A stretch of 64,000 nucleotides of DNA from Botryllus schlosseri (Eukaryota): contig CM119371.1 of the NCBI GenBank assembly GCA_051294905.1, positions 1,242,001 through 1,306,000 on the forward strand. Reading direction: 5' to 3'. A program made the translations under genes and the position numbers. The notes below the pieces were generated by a model. It searched no databases, was not told the origin of the DNA, and was given only the letters and a program-made list of their open reading frames with translations. Positions 1 through 13,689 of this stretch are shown here, one piece after another. The stretch's first letter is position 1. Each line of letters begins with the position of its first letter.

Positions 1-100
1 ACTATTGATCTAAAGCCAGGCAAAAGAGATGGCGCGTGACTTCAATACCATAGAGATGCATAGAGTGGATTCGTAAAATCGTGAAATTAGTTGTTATAGT

Positions 101-2126
101 CAGGGCATGGTATGGTATGGTATGGTATGGAAGTAGGGTATGGAATGGAACGAAATTTTGGTATGGAATATGGAAGAGTGCAAGTATGGTATGGTATGGA
201 AATTTCCCAAGTATGGTATGGAAGGTGTTTTCCATACTTCCATACTTTTTCCATACTTTTACAGTTTTGCCAGAACCATGACAATAATCCTACTTTCGAT
301 TTGTCAAATTGATTGCATACCGCAGAAAATCGCTCATTGTCTATGTTCATTGTTCATATCTCAAATTGTGATTCACGACTCACCCTTCCCGGTCGACATT
401 TATTTGAAGACAGCTAAGTTTCGCGATGCACATATGAATGAAAATAATATTAATGAATATTATTCTGATTTAAATATCATAAAAATGAATGATATTCGAC
501 GGCGAGCACGTTACAAGTGCATTTCACTTATCGTAACTCCCACTACGTAAATAACCAATGTAGTTTTAAAATCGTAGACTCTGAGAATGTAGAAGTTACA
601 TGAATATTTTCATCAATTTGTTGAACTTGGAAATAATTTTCTGCGCTTGGCGCGGATGATCATCACGCAATATCTATTTGACATAACCACCATTGTGATT
701 CAAAAATATGTAGCTCGTCTTGGAGCGACGTTACCATATGCCGGCCTACAACACGCATTGTAACTTCATGAAATCTGGTTATTTCTGATATAATGGACAG
801 AGGACACCTTGATATGGCTAATAAAGCTAACGAGTGTGATCGACCCACAGATTGGCGGAGAAAATAGACATTTGATTAGCTGTCGCAAAATGATTGTAGT
901 GATGTAAAATTATATTTAAAGAAATATTCTCCAACCAGTGGAGAATATACCCCAATTGTGGGGAATTTAAGGCCCTCTGGTTGGGAAAAGACTCACTTTG
1001 GAAAACATATTCTTTACAGTTTACATTATCAACTTCGTTTATTAAACGTTTGTATGAAATGCCGATCGTATATATCTATAATAGTTCTTCGCTCATTTGC
1101 AATTCAGCAATTCGTATTATCACTGCCTCCAATGAGCGAGAATCGAGTGGACAGCGGCACGCGATCTCCCTCATATAGTTTGTTATTCATTCGTATACGA
1201 AATGGTGTGATTGAAATCACCTGATTCGTTAAAATAAAAGTTTATATGTAGAGATCGTGTATGGAGATCGTGGAATCGCTAATTGATAGCATAGCCGGAC
1301 TTGTTACTGAGGAAATGACATATTTCTTACTGCTCGAGTAATAGTAGCGTGCGACAGTATAGGTTATGGTGGCTTATATCTACCATACGCATAAAAGTTC
1401 GTCAACACCAAGAAGTTTATCAGACCCATGCAATATATTCGGCATTTACACATGTAAAGTGATGCTACCTTGGCACATTTGAAAAAAATTCAAACCCTTC
1501 CTATTTTTCTGTCAGCTTATCTCACATATCCATTTTACGGAGGCGCAACATTGCGTGTACGGTTACCAGTTCACTGCTCATTAATTTCATTGCGTGCTGT
1601 TCCATTTTGGGGGTCTTAACTTTCGCCAATAGCAAGTCTTTACAAAATAAATTCAATTCTAAAGTGTATAAAGGTTGGGAACCTATCTTATAATTTGACA
1701 ATACCTTTGTGTTATGCAATTCTGTAGATGAGGTTACTGCTAGCACGTTACCACACTAGATTTACATGTCATGAGACTCTGTTGTGATTTCCAAATAATC
1801 CCGTGTGTATAGGCCTATATACGTTTTTACACCGTTGTCGACATATGCTATTAAGAAACTGGGGATATCATTGAAGCATCGGGGCTGTATAAATGGATAA
1901 TCTCATCCAAAATAATTAGAATATAATACACTGGAACATTTCCACACGTCAAAAATAGAATATCCCTTGAGAGGTTGGCCAAGTTGCGAAAGTATGGAAA
2001 AAGTATCAAATATGGTATGGAAGAATGTTGCTATGGTATGGAAAATTGTCAAGTATGGTATAGAACGATTGGGCGGGTATGGAGTATGGAAGATTCTCAT
2101 TCCATTCCATACCATACCATGCCCTG
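101..2126. mobile_element. Non-autonomous hAT-type DNA transposon with (TATGG)n-rich subtermini
   Basis: TIR CAGGGCATGGTATGGTATGG at 101, with its reverse complement ending at 2126. Perfect 8-bp TSD GTTATAGT at 93-100 and 2127-2134. Confidence 0.9.
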
Positions 2127-2774
2127 GTTATAGTTTCCGTTCAAAAGCGGTGGCTTTCAAAGGGAACATTGCTGCGGTCAAAATGTTTTTCACACTCTCC
2201 ACTTTTATTTAAGACAACATTATATTTAGAGCGCAGTGTCGTTTTAATGTGTTATAGGTATGTCAGTGGGCAGTGAAATGAGACATTACACACAATATGA
2301 TGCCCGGCAGTTCAATGCATATTACGTATATATCTAATCCAATTAGATATCGGAATGAGTGAAAGTAACTGTAATCCATTTGTAAAACATTCCCTGCAAT
2401 ATGCATGTAATTATTTATTATTATTTAATTATTATTATTTACGTATTGTCAATCGATTCGAATCACTAAATTTATATTTGATTTATATTCGCACCGGTTC
2501 CACGTTCTGTGAGATACTTTCACAAAACGAATATGAACCCGCATATTCGTTTTCGTAACAAAGGTAAATCAAACAAAGTCATACCGAATGCTATTTTAAG
2601 AAATATAGTACTTGATTAGGTTGGACAAAACCATTTCGGAATTATCGCAATGTTGTTGATTATAATTCAGTTCTACCTAAAAGAATGCACAATGCACATG
2701 AATGATGAAATGATTCGTATCAACGCCAATATACAAAGTGGTATGCTGTATGACATAAAACCACGAATCCTGCA

Positions 2775-3710
2775 GAGAGGTGGTCAGTAATGAAGTAACT
2801 CTACTTTATCAGACTACTCAAGTAGTGCTGTCTACTTGTATCGCTTAATCGAGGGGTTGTCATTTCAGACTTCTTCTGTTTCTACTTCTTGTCACACTTG
2901 TTAGTCAAAACTACTTACTTCATACAATATTGATTTTGAAAAGTATGGAGTTGTTCCTAGCTCCGGATTCGTCATCGTTTTGAGTGAGATTCTTATAGGA
3001 GCCGCCTCAAATAGCCCATGGATCACGGTGACTGCATGAACATATTTTCGAAGATTCCACTCACTTGCAGTGTCATTAGTCATTTTGCATTAGCCGCAAA
3101 GACATATCTTGCAATTTCGAAAGTAAACATCTCCTGTAAACTGCTAAAAGTCTGCCGCCCTAAGACCAAATCTACTTTATGAAACTACTTATTGCACTAC
3201 ATTTCAGACTACTACATTTTTTACTTCCACCTAAAATCAATTTGGTATTTCTTGGAAATTGCTGTTTCTACTTGTATATCAGCAGCAGCTTACGGCGATA
3301 TATTTATTGTTCTGCATGAGTCTACTTTGTCTGCCTCTAATCATTCATGAATTCGTGTTAGCAACTCTCAGAACCGATCGGAGTTTGCTTGGTCACCAGA
3401 TGTCGTAAATAAGCTGCATGAAGTATTAAATTTGCTTCATAGTTATAAAAGTATATGAAAGTGGTTTACAAGTTTCTTTGACTCATCGTCCCCTTTTCAA
3501 GCTCGACATATCTTTATCACGTAGAGGTATTATCAGCAGCGAAGTACTTGTGCTTTTGTGTAGTACTTATTATTATATACTTGTTTCGCTAACTCAAGTA
3601 GTTTTGTTCGTATTCTACCTCTACGTCAACATTTTTTTATGGTGAATACTAATTTTTGCATACTTGACATTGTCAAGTAAAAGTAGATTTTAACGCACTT
3701 TAACGTGCCT
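2775..3710. repeat. Decayed DNA-transposon-derived repeat rich in CTACT/AGTAG motifs; related remnants at about 7420-7610, 7838-7870 and 8330-8790
   Basis: Begins GAGAGGTGGTCAGTAA..., matched in inverted orientation by ...TTACTGACCACCTCTG ending at 7609. CTACTT/AAGTAG motifs recur throughout. Boundaries are approximate. Confidence 0.5.
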
Positions 3711-4010
3711 TGCTTAGAAATTGATATGCAAGCTCACAATCAGCAACGTGTGAGAGATCATGCCTGAATTTTGTACAACAATTAATTGTATTAATATGAG
3801 ATATCGAATGAAACTAAAATTCATGAATACCGTGCGTTATCACATAACCCTGATAACGACACTATGTCATGCATGAAACTAAAGCCTCATGATTTCTAGC
3901 GTTAGTAACGAATTGGACCTGAATTGACCATTTCATTCAAAGTGATCGCGCTTATTTAACATCCCTAACAAACCGTATCTAAGATACGATGCAACCAAAC
4001 AATGACTCAC

Positions 4011-4200
4011 AGTATAAAACTTCCAGCTCAGTATCGAGATCATTTGCAATCTTCTGGACTTTCTGTAATTCGTCTCCTTTCAACATATCATATTCTTCGC
4101 GGTATTTAAATGTTACTTTCTTCAAATTGGAGTTGTTGATGAGAGACGAAATGTCATGGAGTGAAGCAGGATACCGTAATATGCATCGGATATATTCGAT
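4011..4200 (-). CDS. NLR C-terminal exon (IEYIRCILRYPASLHDISSLINNSNLKKVTFKY...LEVLY), phase 0 in, phase 1 out
   Basis: Acceptor tttctcactgcag and donor GTGAGT. Open frame within ORF 3979-4272. Phase matches the upstream exon chain. Confidence 0.65.
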
Positions 4201-4585
4201 CTGCAGTGAGAAATTATCACTATTAATATTGTGTATTAAAATGATGCTTACCACTATTGTTGACCATTTCACAAGGGGCCATCATGTATTACAATATGCT
4301 TTCGATCACCAGTTTGGACGGTTTGGTCTGGCCCGCTAGGCGATTCTGAAAAATAGCCATATTATCCGACATATTTCTAATACATGTTGAGATTTCTAGT
4401 AGGAAACACTTAAATTCTCTCATGACAGAAAATGTCAAGCATTTTCTGTTCATGTCAAATTATAACCATCCGACCGTGATGTTCAGGTTACACTGCAGTC
4501 ACCGTCAGCAACAAGTCACTGCCATTGACACTAGTGTTACCATAAGTCCTCTTTTCTGACTTTTTTGAAAGTGTTCTAGATTTAC

Positions 4586-6186
4586 GAGGGTTGTTCAAAA
4601 AAAACTTGAAAAAAAAAATTCACCAGCTTACCAGTAGTTGTCAAATCATCAGGTTACCTAAAAAAACGTTGTACACCAAATTTGACTCAATTGCAACCAC
4701 TAGAAGCTGAGGTCAGTCAAATTGAAATTTTGTTCATTTTTGAAGTATTAGTATTTACGGTGACCAATTTTGTCACACAGACATGATCAGAAATCGTGTT
4801 CCAGTTACGCCCGCCGTGGCCGGGATGTATTTTTCACTTGTTTTGATCTTGATACAAGCCTAGGCTGGCGTCTGGATGAAGACATCGTCAGTAAACGAAA
4901 AAAATATATGACACGGCTACCTGGAAATTGGTCCACTTCATTGAAATAGACATGTCAAAACGATGATGAGATAATTTTCAAATAGAGTAGGTCTACTATA
5001 CACACACCGAAATTAACAACCACGAAAAGAAAATGAGCTGACAAGCAGGTAGAACCCAGGAAAATATATTTCTCAAGTGATCTATATTGTTGGTCGGTCC
5101 AATGTAAATTTCTTCACGATACAATTTGATATTATATGATATTTTATTATTTGCCCTGCACCACTCCTAAATTACTATCACAGGCTTATTATAAGACTTA
5201 TGGGCATCGTGACAGATCTTCTTCCCATCAAAAGTTATCGTCCTTTATTCATGTCATCCTCTCTCCATATTCGGTTACTATAATCTAATTGTATCAATAT
5301 ATCGTGGTAAAACACCAATAACTTTACTAACTATATGACAAGGGGGTCCTGGTGATATTGAAAGACCAGAAAATGACTAATATGCTTTATAAGCTCACTG
5401 GTTTACCATTTGGTTTCCCCGAATCTAGCATATGTGAAGTATCAGAAATGTTTTTCAAATCATAAATACTATTCAGTGGCATAGCCCATTCTGAATTACA
5501 TTCGGTACCATTTTCAACGCCCTGGATCAGTTATTGTCAAACAGTAGAGAAATATCCGAACACTGAGCTGCTGAGGAATGCAACTGATGTCTCTGTGGAT
5601 GAGGTTTTGGTAATGGCGACTTTGCAATCGGTAAAAACTTTGAATCAAGGCAGAGAGTATGCCCTGCATAACTGGGATAGATTTCCTCAAATTTAAATTT
5701 GCCTGACAAAAAATACTTCTAGATAGGATTATCACTTGAGAAATACATTTACCTGTATTTTACCTTCTTGTCAGTTCGTTTTCTTTTCGTGGTCGTTAAT
5801 TTTAGTGTGTTAAGTACTATATTTGAAAATTATCGCACCATCGTTTTAACTTGTCTATTTCAATGAAGTGGACCAATTTTCAGGTAATCCGATGTCGTCA
5901 TTCAAACCCCACCCTAGGACCTTGTCAAGATCAAAACAAGTGGAAAATACATTCCTGCCACTTCAGGCGTACCTCAAAAACGATTTTTGGTCATGTCAGT
6001 ATGACGAAATCGGTCACCGCAAATACTATTACTTCAAAAATGACCGAAATTTCAATTTGAGTGACATCGGCTTCTACTGGCTGGAATTGAGTCAAATTTG
6101 GCGTACAACATTTTTTTAGGTAACCTGACAATTTGACAACCAAGCCGATAAAATTTGAAAAAAAAAAGGTTTTCTCAACACCCCTG
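4586..6186. mobile_element. Foldback/MITE-like element with long diverged inverted arms (about 4586-5082 and 5731-6186) around a ~650-bp spacer
   Basis: The arms are reverse complements, e.g. tcaggttacctaaaaaaacgttgtacaccaaatttgactcaatt vs aattgagtcaaatttggcgtacaacatttttttaggtaacctga. Same family as 11258-12131 and 27986-28668. Confidence 0.75.
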
Positions 6187-6860
6187 AGGAGCACGCTCAA
6201 ATGACCTCTTTTAGAGAATTTGTCCTCTTTTTTGAAAATTATGGTAAAATGTATGTGAAAATTCAACTGGAAATAAGTACAGAAGTAACGTTCCGGCAGG
6301 TCTTTCGAGAGTTGAGCCAGAAAGGTGACCTTTCTCTTTAACTAACTACAAACATGGATTAAATTAACCATTTTTCCGGATTTTACTCCGGTATTGTAAG
6401 TATGAATTTTTTTTAAAGGTGTCCATTTCAGATTCCCAAAATGTGGTAACCCTAATTGACACTAAATTCCGAGATTACGATTTAAAAAAAGGCAATCATT
6501 GCAATAGGCCAAGGTATATCGTCGATAAAGCCTCTGTTTAGCAATTTATTTTTTGTGTAAAACGAGGGCATTGATTTTGAAGCAATCTTTGGAATCATTT
6601 TACTGGTCCAGCCCGCGAGTGCTCTGAAGGTTAGAATTTGACCCGCAACACCAGTTGAATTTGACACCCCTGCTTCAGAAGAGCAAATTACCAGGAATCA
6701 CGAACTCCGCAACTGCGGTGGATATCTCGGGCATGGAATATAAGTTTATTCATGTGGAGGGGACTCGTACTGTGCGGCAGAATTCTATGATAAACATGCA
6801 ATGGTGGGAGAAGAACGTTCAATATATCCAATGCAACTAATACTGGATGATAAGTACTAC

Positions 6861-7028
6861 CTTCTTTCGCTGACAAGCTTCTGAGGCCTTCCTGAATTCA
6901 TCTGCTTTTCCAACGTAAAACATGGCATGGATATTGCCAAAAACGGAAATTGCTGTCCTGCGCTCCAAAATTCGGCTGTAATCCTGGTCAGGTATCAGGC
7001 CATTCACGGCAATATCCAGGAGATCCAA
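6861..7028 (-). CDS. NLR exon (LDLLDIAVNGLIPDQDYSRILERR...EACQRKK), phase 0-0
   Basis: Acceptor ttcacattttag and donor AAG|GTAGTA. 168-bp open frame. The donor is non-optimal. Confidence 0.65.
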
Positions 7029-7161
7029 CTAAAATGTGAAAACAGTTATTCCCAGACTTAATATAGCCGCCGAAGAGATGATTGGGTTCGAAGTCATATA
7101 AAATGATAGGTAAATATAAACGCATTTAAAAATACTTTGGGAATAGAATCAGGAATCATAC

Positions 7162-7245
7162 TTGATACTTTTTCCAGCAAGGCTCAATCAGCGACAAATC
7201 AATGATTTCTTCTTTTTCTGTGCAATCGAACAGGATCTTGCTTAT
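7162..7245 (-). CDS. NLR exon (ISKILFDCTEKEEIIDLSLIEPCWKKYQ), phase 0-0
   Basis: Acceptor attgtgtttag and donor CAA|GTATGA. 84 bp (28 aa), about one LRR unit long. Confidence 0.65.
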
Positions 7246-8988
7246 CTAAACACAATATTGATTTCATTACGTAAGATGACGAAATTGTCTCCATGTTTTC
7301 CTATTTGGAAAATTATTGATATCGGAAAAGTTCAATACTGATTCATTAGAATTCTTCGATTCTCCATAATGCATATACTACATCGGTATTAGTCTCATTC
7401 CAGAGAATTATTTTATCTCAAGTAGGAGTGAAAGTAGCGATTCACAATTAGGTAAAATATAATTATTGCAGGCCTAGTTTTGCATGAAAATGAAATCTGC
7501 CAAATAGAAGTAGTATGAAATCTTGAACACTTGAGTACGCAGGAAAAGTAGGATATATCTACCTGAAGTACTACGACAAGTAGAAGTACATTGTTACTGA
7601 CCACCTCTGGATAAATGTTGTAAGGAACGCTGGATAGCCTATATAACGATGTCGCTTATGTTTACGCAAAGGATTAATTTTATCCGGACAGTAAAACATA
7701 TTAGAATCTGCGTAAAAACTGGCACGGACAGAAGCATACCCTATTTTAAATTTTATCTTCCTGCTTTCCAAACCTAGATTTGGAGCAGGCATTGTTGCTT
7801 TTCACCTCAGACTACGTCAATGCTTGAGCGCACATTACGAGATGATCAGTAACAATCTGCTTCTACTTCTTGAAAGTATGTGGTTAAAATAACGATTTCA
7901 CTCATGAAATTGATGCAAAATTATACCCGAAAGGTGCACTGCACTCTAAAAATGATGTGGTCTCAAATTGAGGGGCAATGCGAAAAAAAAAATTTGGCCG
8001 CAGCCATTTTCTTCAGAACGCCGCCGTAATGGAGCTGCAATTTATTGAAATTTCCGCAGGACCTTCACACTCCAGCAGTCATGCAGAGATCGAACTTTAT
8101 ATAGTTGTCAGCCAATGTTATGAAGGAAATATGTCGTACACGTCAAGTGGGTTTAGATATCGCGTTCAACGAAAGATGCTCAGTCTGGAGATTCATGTCA
8201 AAATCGGGCATATAGTGTATTCTATTTCTTCAGGACAGAAATAGATCATGTCTAACAATGATTTATGCATAAGAACAGGACATGATTTTACACTACTTTC
8301 ACGCAAAATTACTTACTTTCCACGGATATGATTTTGAGAAATAGAAAGTAGTTTTGTGTTACGTTTGTATCACTGTGATGCGTGAAATCGTCTCAAAAAA
8401 TCGCAATAGACATCATGGTAACTGTTGAATCTAATTTCCAAGATTATACAAATTAGCAATAATAATAATTTTTAGTTACTCACAGGGACTCATCTTGTAA
8501 TTAACAAAGTAACTGTTAGCGATAAATCACCACACACTTACGATCGATCGACCAAAACTACTTTTCGAAACTCAAGTACTTACAAAGGTACTTTTCAAAC
8601 TTGTCACTTTCTACCTCCACTTGAAGTAGTTTTAACACATCGTGGACACATCTACTTCTACATATAATTGCATATAAAATTAAAATGTTACCCCTACTTC
8701 CTCACGATTAACAAGGCTGACTACTTTCACCACATCTATGTACGATCGAGACTCGACTCGCAATACTAGAGATGCAAGTAGAGTAGAAATTGAGAATGGA
8801 AGTTTTTGTCGAACAGTGATGAGCTGATTTGAAATTTCGAAATACAAATCCTCTACAAATCCAGAATTAATTTTGTTTTAACTCCAAGTCCAAATCCGAT
8901 AACGGCTGAAATTTGTCCAAAAGTAACATGTCTTTGAACAATATCAGGAAATCTTTTACAATAATATTATAGGAAATGTATTTAATAC

Positions 8989-9144
8989 CTTGTTTAATTT
9001 AAACTCAGTTAACTTCTGCAAGTCATTCGGCTTGGCCAACAGTTGTATTTGTTCTTCAAATTTGATAAATTCAACATCAAAAAGTATTCCAAGAAATGCA
9101 ACTTCTGCTACGGCATGAACCCGGCTGCACGATAGATTGGAATC
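8989..9144 (-). CDS. NLR exon (DSNLSCSRVHAVAEVAFLGILFDVEF...KLTEFKLNK), phase 0-0
   Basis: Strong acceptor ctttttattttacag and donor AAG|GTATTA. 156-bp open frame. Confidence 0.75.
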
Positions 9145-9649
9145 CTGTAAAATAAAAAGGTCAGTTACGTCACAATCTGCACCAATAAGAAACACTCATA
9201 GGCACGATAATACCTGAGCAGAATATTGTTACTACTGAAGTCTAGTGCGGGTGAAGCGATGGCTATGACGTTTGTCCGTTGGAAAATGCGATGTGAAAGA
9301 AACACAATCCCTATATTTTTGAAAGATGTAACCTAACATTTAGAATGGACTTGATAATCAAAGTACGGTGCCGGCAATTTTTTTTTATAGATTCATCATG
9401 TAAAAACCCTTTACTTATAAAATCAGCACAAGTTGTTAGCTTACTATTCTCAACAAAAGCATCTCGACTTCATGACGCTCATGATTACGCCATTATCTAC
9501 ATCCTGGCTATACTACACCGCAAGGTCATCGTTGTACGTGCCTAGTGTAGCTGACAGCTCCGTAGAGTAAAGTCAGGGAAATGAGCGAAACTTCATTGCA
9601 ATCATTAGTACGGACTCGTTAGCAAACTTGAATCATCTTGATATCAAAC

Positions 9650-9748
9650 CTTGATGATGAAACGACCGTCAGCCGAGCTACTTATCTTGATGTCATCTTC
9701 TTCGTTCTTCAATTCCAAAAACCAGCCATCTACAGACAGCTTGACAAC
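9650..9748 (-). CDS. NLR exon (VVKLSVDGWFLELKNEEDDIKISSSADGRFIIK), phase 0-0
   Basis: Acceptor ataatattcag and donor AAG|GTTTGA. 99-bp open frame. Joins the next exon to give FIIKDSNLS. Confidence 0.65.
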
Positions 9749-10246
9749 CTGAATATTATCCAGATGTGAAACTTGAGATTGTGCATTGTATCTATCATCC
9801 AACAAATATCGTGACGTCATATCTTACATACAGAAACGACCGCAGCATCACAGATCATCATGTGCTATACTTCATTGAAACGGTTCACTGATTTTAGTGA
9901 CGTTGTTGCCAGTGGTGGCATTTTGCTACTTTAGTGGCTCGTTATCTTCAAAAATACTCCTTTATATGAGGTAAGAAGTATCATGGCGACATCCGTAGAA
10001 AAAGGATAAGTATTGAGACGAAGATATTTTGGGCAATATAGTTGACCTTTAAGCAAATCGTAAGCACCCGGAACCGTATTCCTGCATTGACACGAATTCA
10101 TGAGATAATTTCGTCTTTTTAATCGTAGCGCAAAAACGGACAGTTTCCTGTTGTGAGCATGTAAATCAGAATTACTCCATTGACATCATAGTGAGTCCTC
10201 TATTACAAGGGAAATAAAACACTGCAGTCAAAAACGCTGTTATAAT

Positions 10247-10765
10247 TAGGGCTGGACACAATGATTCGAGTGCTCAAATCTGAATCGAATATTAATTTTA
10301 ATGATTCAGGCCGATTAGTAAAAGCTGATCTTTTAAAGTACCGAAATTGTTCGTTCGTCGACACTGAAAGTTACATTATCGATAATAATTGTAGTTTTGA
10401 CAGTATTTTTCACTTTTGAAGCCTTGAAATCACGATTGATCGCATAGCAACATATCAAACATATTGTACAAAGCTACGAACGTAATTGGAATAACATATT
10501 TTCCAAGTCATGATCATCGCCCGAAATTGCCACTAACTGCAATGAAATTGGTATGTTCGAAAGAATACCGAAGTATCTTTAATGTGATGCATAACAATAG
10601 GCATTTTATTATTTAAGGTGACATAAAAGGTACATGTTTGAACTTTTACATATCATATTCTGTTATGACGTCATAACGAGTGATACTCGAATAGTCGACT
10701 CGACTCTAAGCTTCATATGTGATTTAGAATCGAATCACTCAGATACTCGATTTTTCCCAGCACCA
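10247..10765. mobile_element. hAT-type MITE (ACTCGA/TCGAGT-motif family), same family as 26295-26817
   Basis: Ends TAGGGCTGG...CCCAGCACCA. TSD GTTATAAT/GTTATTAT. Colinear similarity with 26295-26817. Confidence 0.85.
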
Positions 10766-11257
10766 GTTATTATCAGTGAACAATTTCGCTATGCAATGTC
10801 GAAATTATTGCGTTGGCCTTAAAATCAGATGCGCACATTGTTAATTGGCAGTAAAAATATTCTGTTGCGTACTAATTCATGTCGACATGCACACTTTTGA
10901 ATTTCGACGATGCTGACAATGTTACTTTTTATTTACGTAGTGCGTTTTGTTGGGGCACGCGCCGTTTGCTTACGTAAATGTGACATAATTTATCAAAATA
11001 TTGATGAACAATTCGATCATCGCCAGACTGACTGGTATCGATCACACCAATAACAAATCTCATTACATTGCATTCATTTCATCCATTGTCAATGTAGTAG
11101 AAAGTTGATTTTTGTTGATGAGGTCGTGACATTAGCTCAGCGCTCTTATTGCTACCACTACTTTACATAATCCACCATTTCACCAAATTCGATTATATAG
11201 CTCGATATTAACGACACAGTGCAGATATTAAAACATCATATCAGTGGGTAAATACTC

Positions 11258-12131
11258 TACGGCTTCGGGATGAAAGCAGAGTAAAAAAATTCTTCAGAAT
11301 TAAATGGCTATGTTGTAAAATTGTTAGGTTGGTTGAAACAACGCTGTAAACCAAATTTGGCTTCAAGTCCAACAAGTAGAAGCAAGATTCTTGCTGTAAA
11401 AAGTTTGGAATTTATAATTAAAAAAATAATTCAAAGTTTTCTCTTTCAACCCCATAAAATTGTAAGGCAATCAGTAGTGATGATACATACCAAATTTGGC
11501 TCAATTCCAACCGCTAGGAGCAAAGTTATTGCCGTGGTAAAATTTCCAATTCCATGATTTTATAGGAAATAATTATAGCTTTCAATACAACATTCATTGT
11601 AGTACAATATTTAAACTCAAATACTTTTCGGCACACTAAAGGGATTTAAAAGGATTTAGAAGCAAAACCAAATCTGTTCAACTCCCTTCAGTGTGCCGTT
11701 AACTCTTGAAAGAGGCAACAAAAAAGTCTTCGAGTTTAATAAATATTCTACTACAATGGATTTTGTATTGAAAGCTATATTCAAGTTCTGTCCCGCGAAT
11801 CAGCTATTTGAATAAATAAATGAAGAGTTAGCCACCGTAAAATTATTTTATTCGAATCCAAATTTTTCTACCGCAATAACTTCGCTTCTAGTGGCTGGAA
11901 TTGAGCCACATTTGGTGTGCATCGTCTCTACTGACAGCCCAACAATTTTACGTTGTTGACAGAAAAATTTTAAAAAATAATTTTTTATTGATAAATCCAA
12001 AATTTATCACTGCCAGAAAATCGCTTCTACTGGTTGCAATTGACCCAATGTTGGCATGCAGCGTTGTTGTTGCCAACTTAACAATTTCATAACATCACCG
12101 AAGATATCTGAAGGTTTTTTGAACAGCCCTA
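11258..12131. mobile_element. Palindromic MITE of the long inverted-arm family
   Basis: The left arm (aaattgttaggttggttgaaacaacgctgtaaaccaaatttgg...) is a diverged reverse complement of the right arm ending ...tttgaacagcccta. The left edge is approximate. Confidence 0.7.
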
Positions 12132-12268
12132 ATGCAGAGACTGTGCGTATATTGCTTTCTATCACGAATCACCAATCATGTGCGATTGTGACGTCATAAG
12201 TCTCCGCATACTCACATAAAATAATAATGGCTTGTTAGTACAAAACTAAATCATAGAATCCATCTCAC

Positions 12269-12373
12269 TTCCCAATCCAATTTTCCAGATAGCGATTCAA
12301 TCCGACGATGTCCGAGAAGTGAACGCAGTGCTGTTGCTGAGAACTTATTGTAACGCAAATTCACTTCCTTCAC
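12269..12373 (-). CDS. NLR LRR exon (VKEVNLRYNKFSATALRSLLGHRRIESLSGKLDWE), phase 0-0
   Basis: Acceptor ttcattcatcattccag and donor GAA|GTGAGA. Contains an LxxLxLxxNxF-type LRR motif. 105 bp. Confidence 0.8.
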
Positions 12374-13604
12374 CTGGAATGATGAATGAAATATGAATAC
12401 AATGTCCGCCAATATCATGTCAAACCAACAGAGCTTTGTACGGACTTAATCAGGGCATATTTAGGAAGCTGAGTATGTTCAACATCATTGCGATCCCCAT
12501 AATAAAGGCAAACGAGCCTAGGTTTAGCGCTGCCACGGTTTTTTACTTATCCTTTCAAACGGCTCCAATCAATTCTAGGAATACACCGTACTCTATAATT
12601 GAGATTACGATTTGATTTCAGTGAACGATGGCTAATTTTATTCACTTACGATTTCATTTTTGCAAGCGAGGCGGCCACAGTAGGATCAACTGTAATTTGT
12701 AATTAAGCTGCATGTAAATAATTAATTTTTTCATAATATTTTAATTGTCATTGAAGCATTTCTATTCTGTGTAATTGATACAAATTTGATAAAAATTTTA
12801 CTAAATGAAATTTCAATTGCATTGTTATTGAAACCTGACAATCACAACATAAAATAATTAGTACATTACCATGGGTGTACTATGCGTACCTCGTTAACTA
12901 TTTCAGGCATACTAAACTGTTTCCCATAGGCCAACTACAGCTCCCACAGAAAACTTGGTGAATTACAATATAGGCTATCAAACAAAATCTTACTATTTCA
13001 TAAATGGACGAAAAGGGAATAAACTCTTCTGTAACCTGTGCTGAACCATTTCCTACACCACAGTAAGTGTTTTTTGAAATATCTTTCCAGTACTGAGGCT
13101 TGCTACCGCAATTGCAAAAAGAAATTAAAGTTTTCAACCAAGACTTCATCACGCTGGATCACACATTTGTAGAGATGTTATCCCAGTCTTACCTCATATC
13201 TTAGCTTAATTTACTGGGGCCAGAACCTTTCCCCACCCTAATGTTCATCAAATGCAGTCGAACAGTTTTGAGCAAGTGAAAATGTAACTGCTAACCAAAA
13301 TTTTGTAATTGGTAGGTATCATGAGCTTCTTTACTTTTGCATTTATTTCAATTTTACACACCTTATCGGTATCGTCCTTATTGCCTAACCCAAGGGTCGG
13401 CAACCTACGGCCCGCGGGCCGAATCCGGCCCGCCAAGCGAAATCGTCCGGCCCGCGACGAAATGATTAGTTACCACAAGAATACGGCCCGCCGTTTCGTA
13501 ATGAGTTCCAATCTGCAATGCAGCACTGCTTCGAAAAATGTCAAAATTTATAATGTTTTCTTCCACTTACGGATGATGATTCCGGAACATGTAATTCACG
13601 CACC

Positions 13605-13689
13605 TACGGGGCTCGTTCACTTTCGGACCAAACTCAGTACAGCGTTACGGAGAAAAGGGGTTTTGGTCCGAAAGTGAACGAGCCCCGTA
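13605..13689. mobile_element. Tiny TA-flanked hairpin MITE nested in the hAT element
   Basis: TA-CGGGGCTCGTTCACTTTCGGACCAAA ... TTTGGTCCGAAAGTGAACGAGCCCCG-TA: a 26-bp perfect inverted repeat inside TA flanks. Confidence 0.75.

Noticed and set aside
2..550. Overlapping ORFs rich in W/Y/G/M or P/Y/H/T (also at 1903-2276)
   Set aside because: These are translations of TATGG subterminal repeats of a hAT element.
2901..3413. Candidate terminal exon of the NLR after the phase-1 donor at 4010
   Set aside because: Several acceptors are possible, giving an immediate stop or a short tail, and they lie in repeat-like DNA. One cannot be chosen without transcript data.
2775..7609. One large transposon bounded by GAGGTGGTCAGTAA inverted ends capturing NLR exons
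   Set aside because: No matching TSD. It is better explained as separate remnants of one repeat family.
12994..13035. Possible 42-bp phase-0 exon VTEEFIPFSSIYEI
   Set aside because: It has AG and GTAAGA ends but a poor polypyrimidine tract and no LRR character, so it was left out of the gene model.
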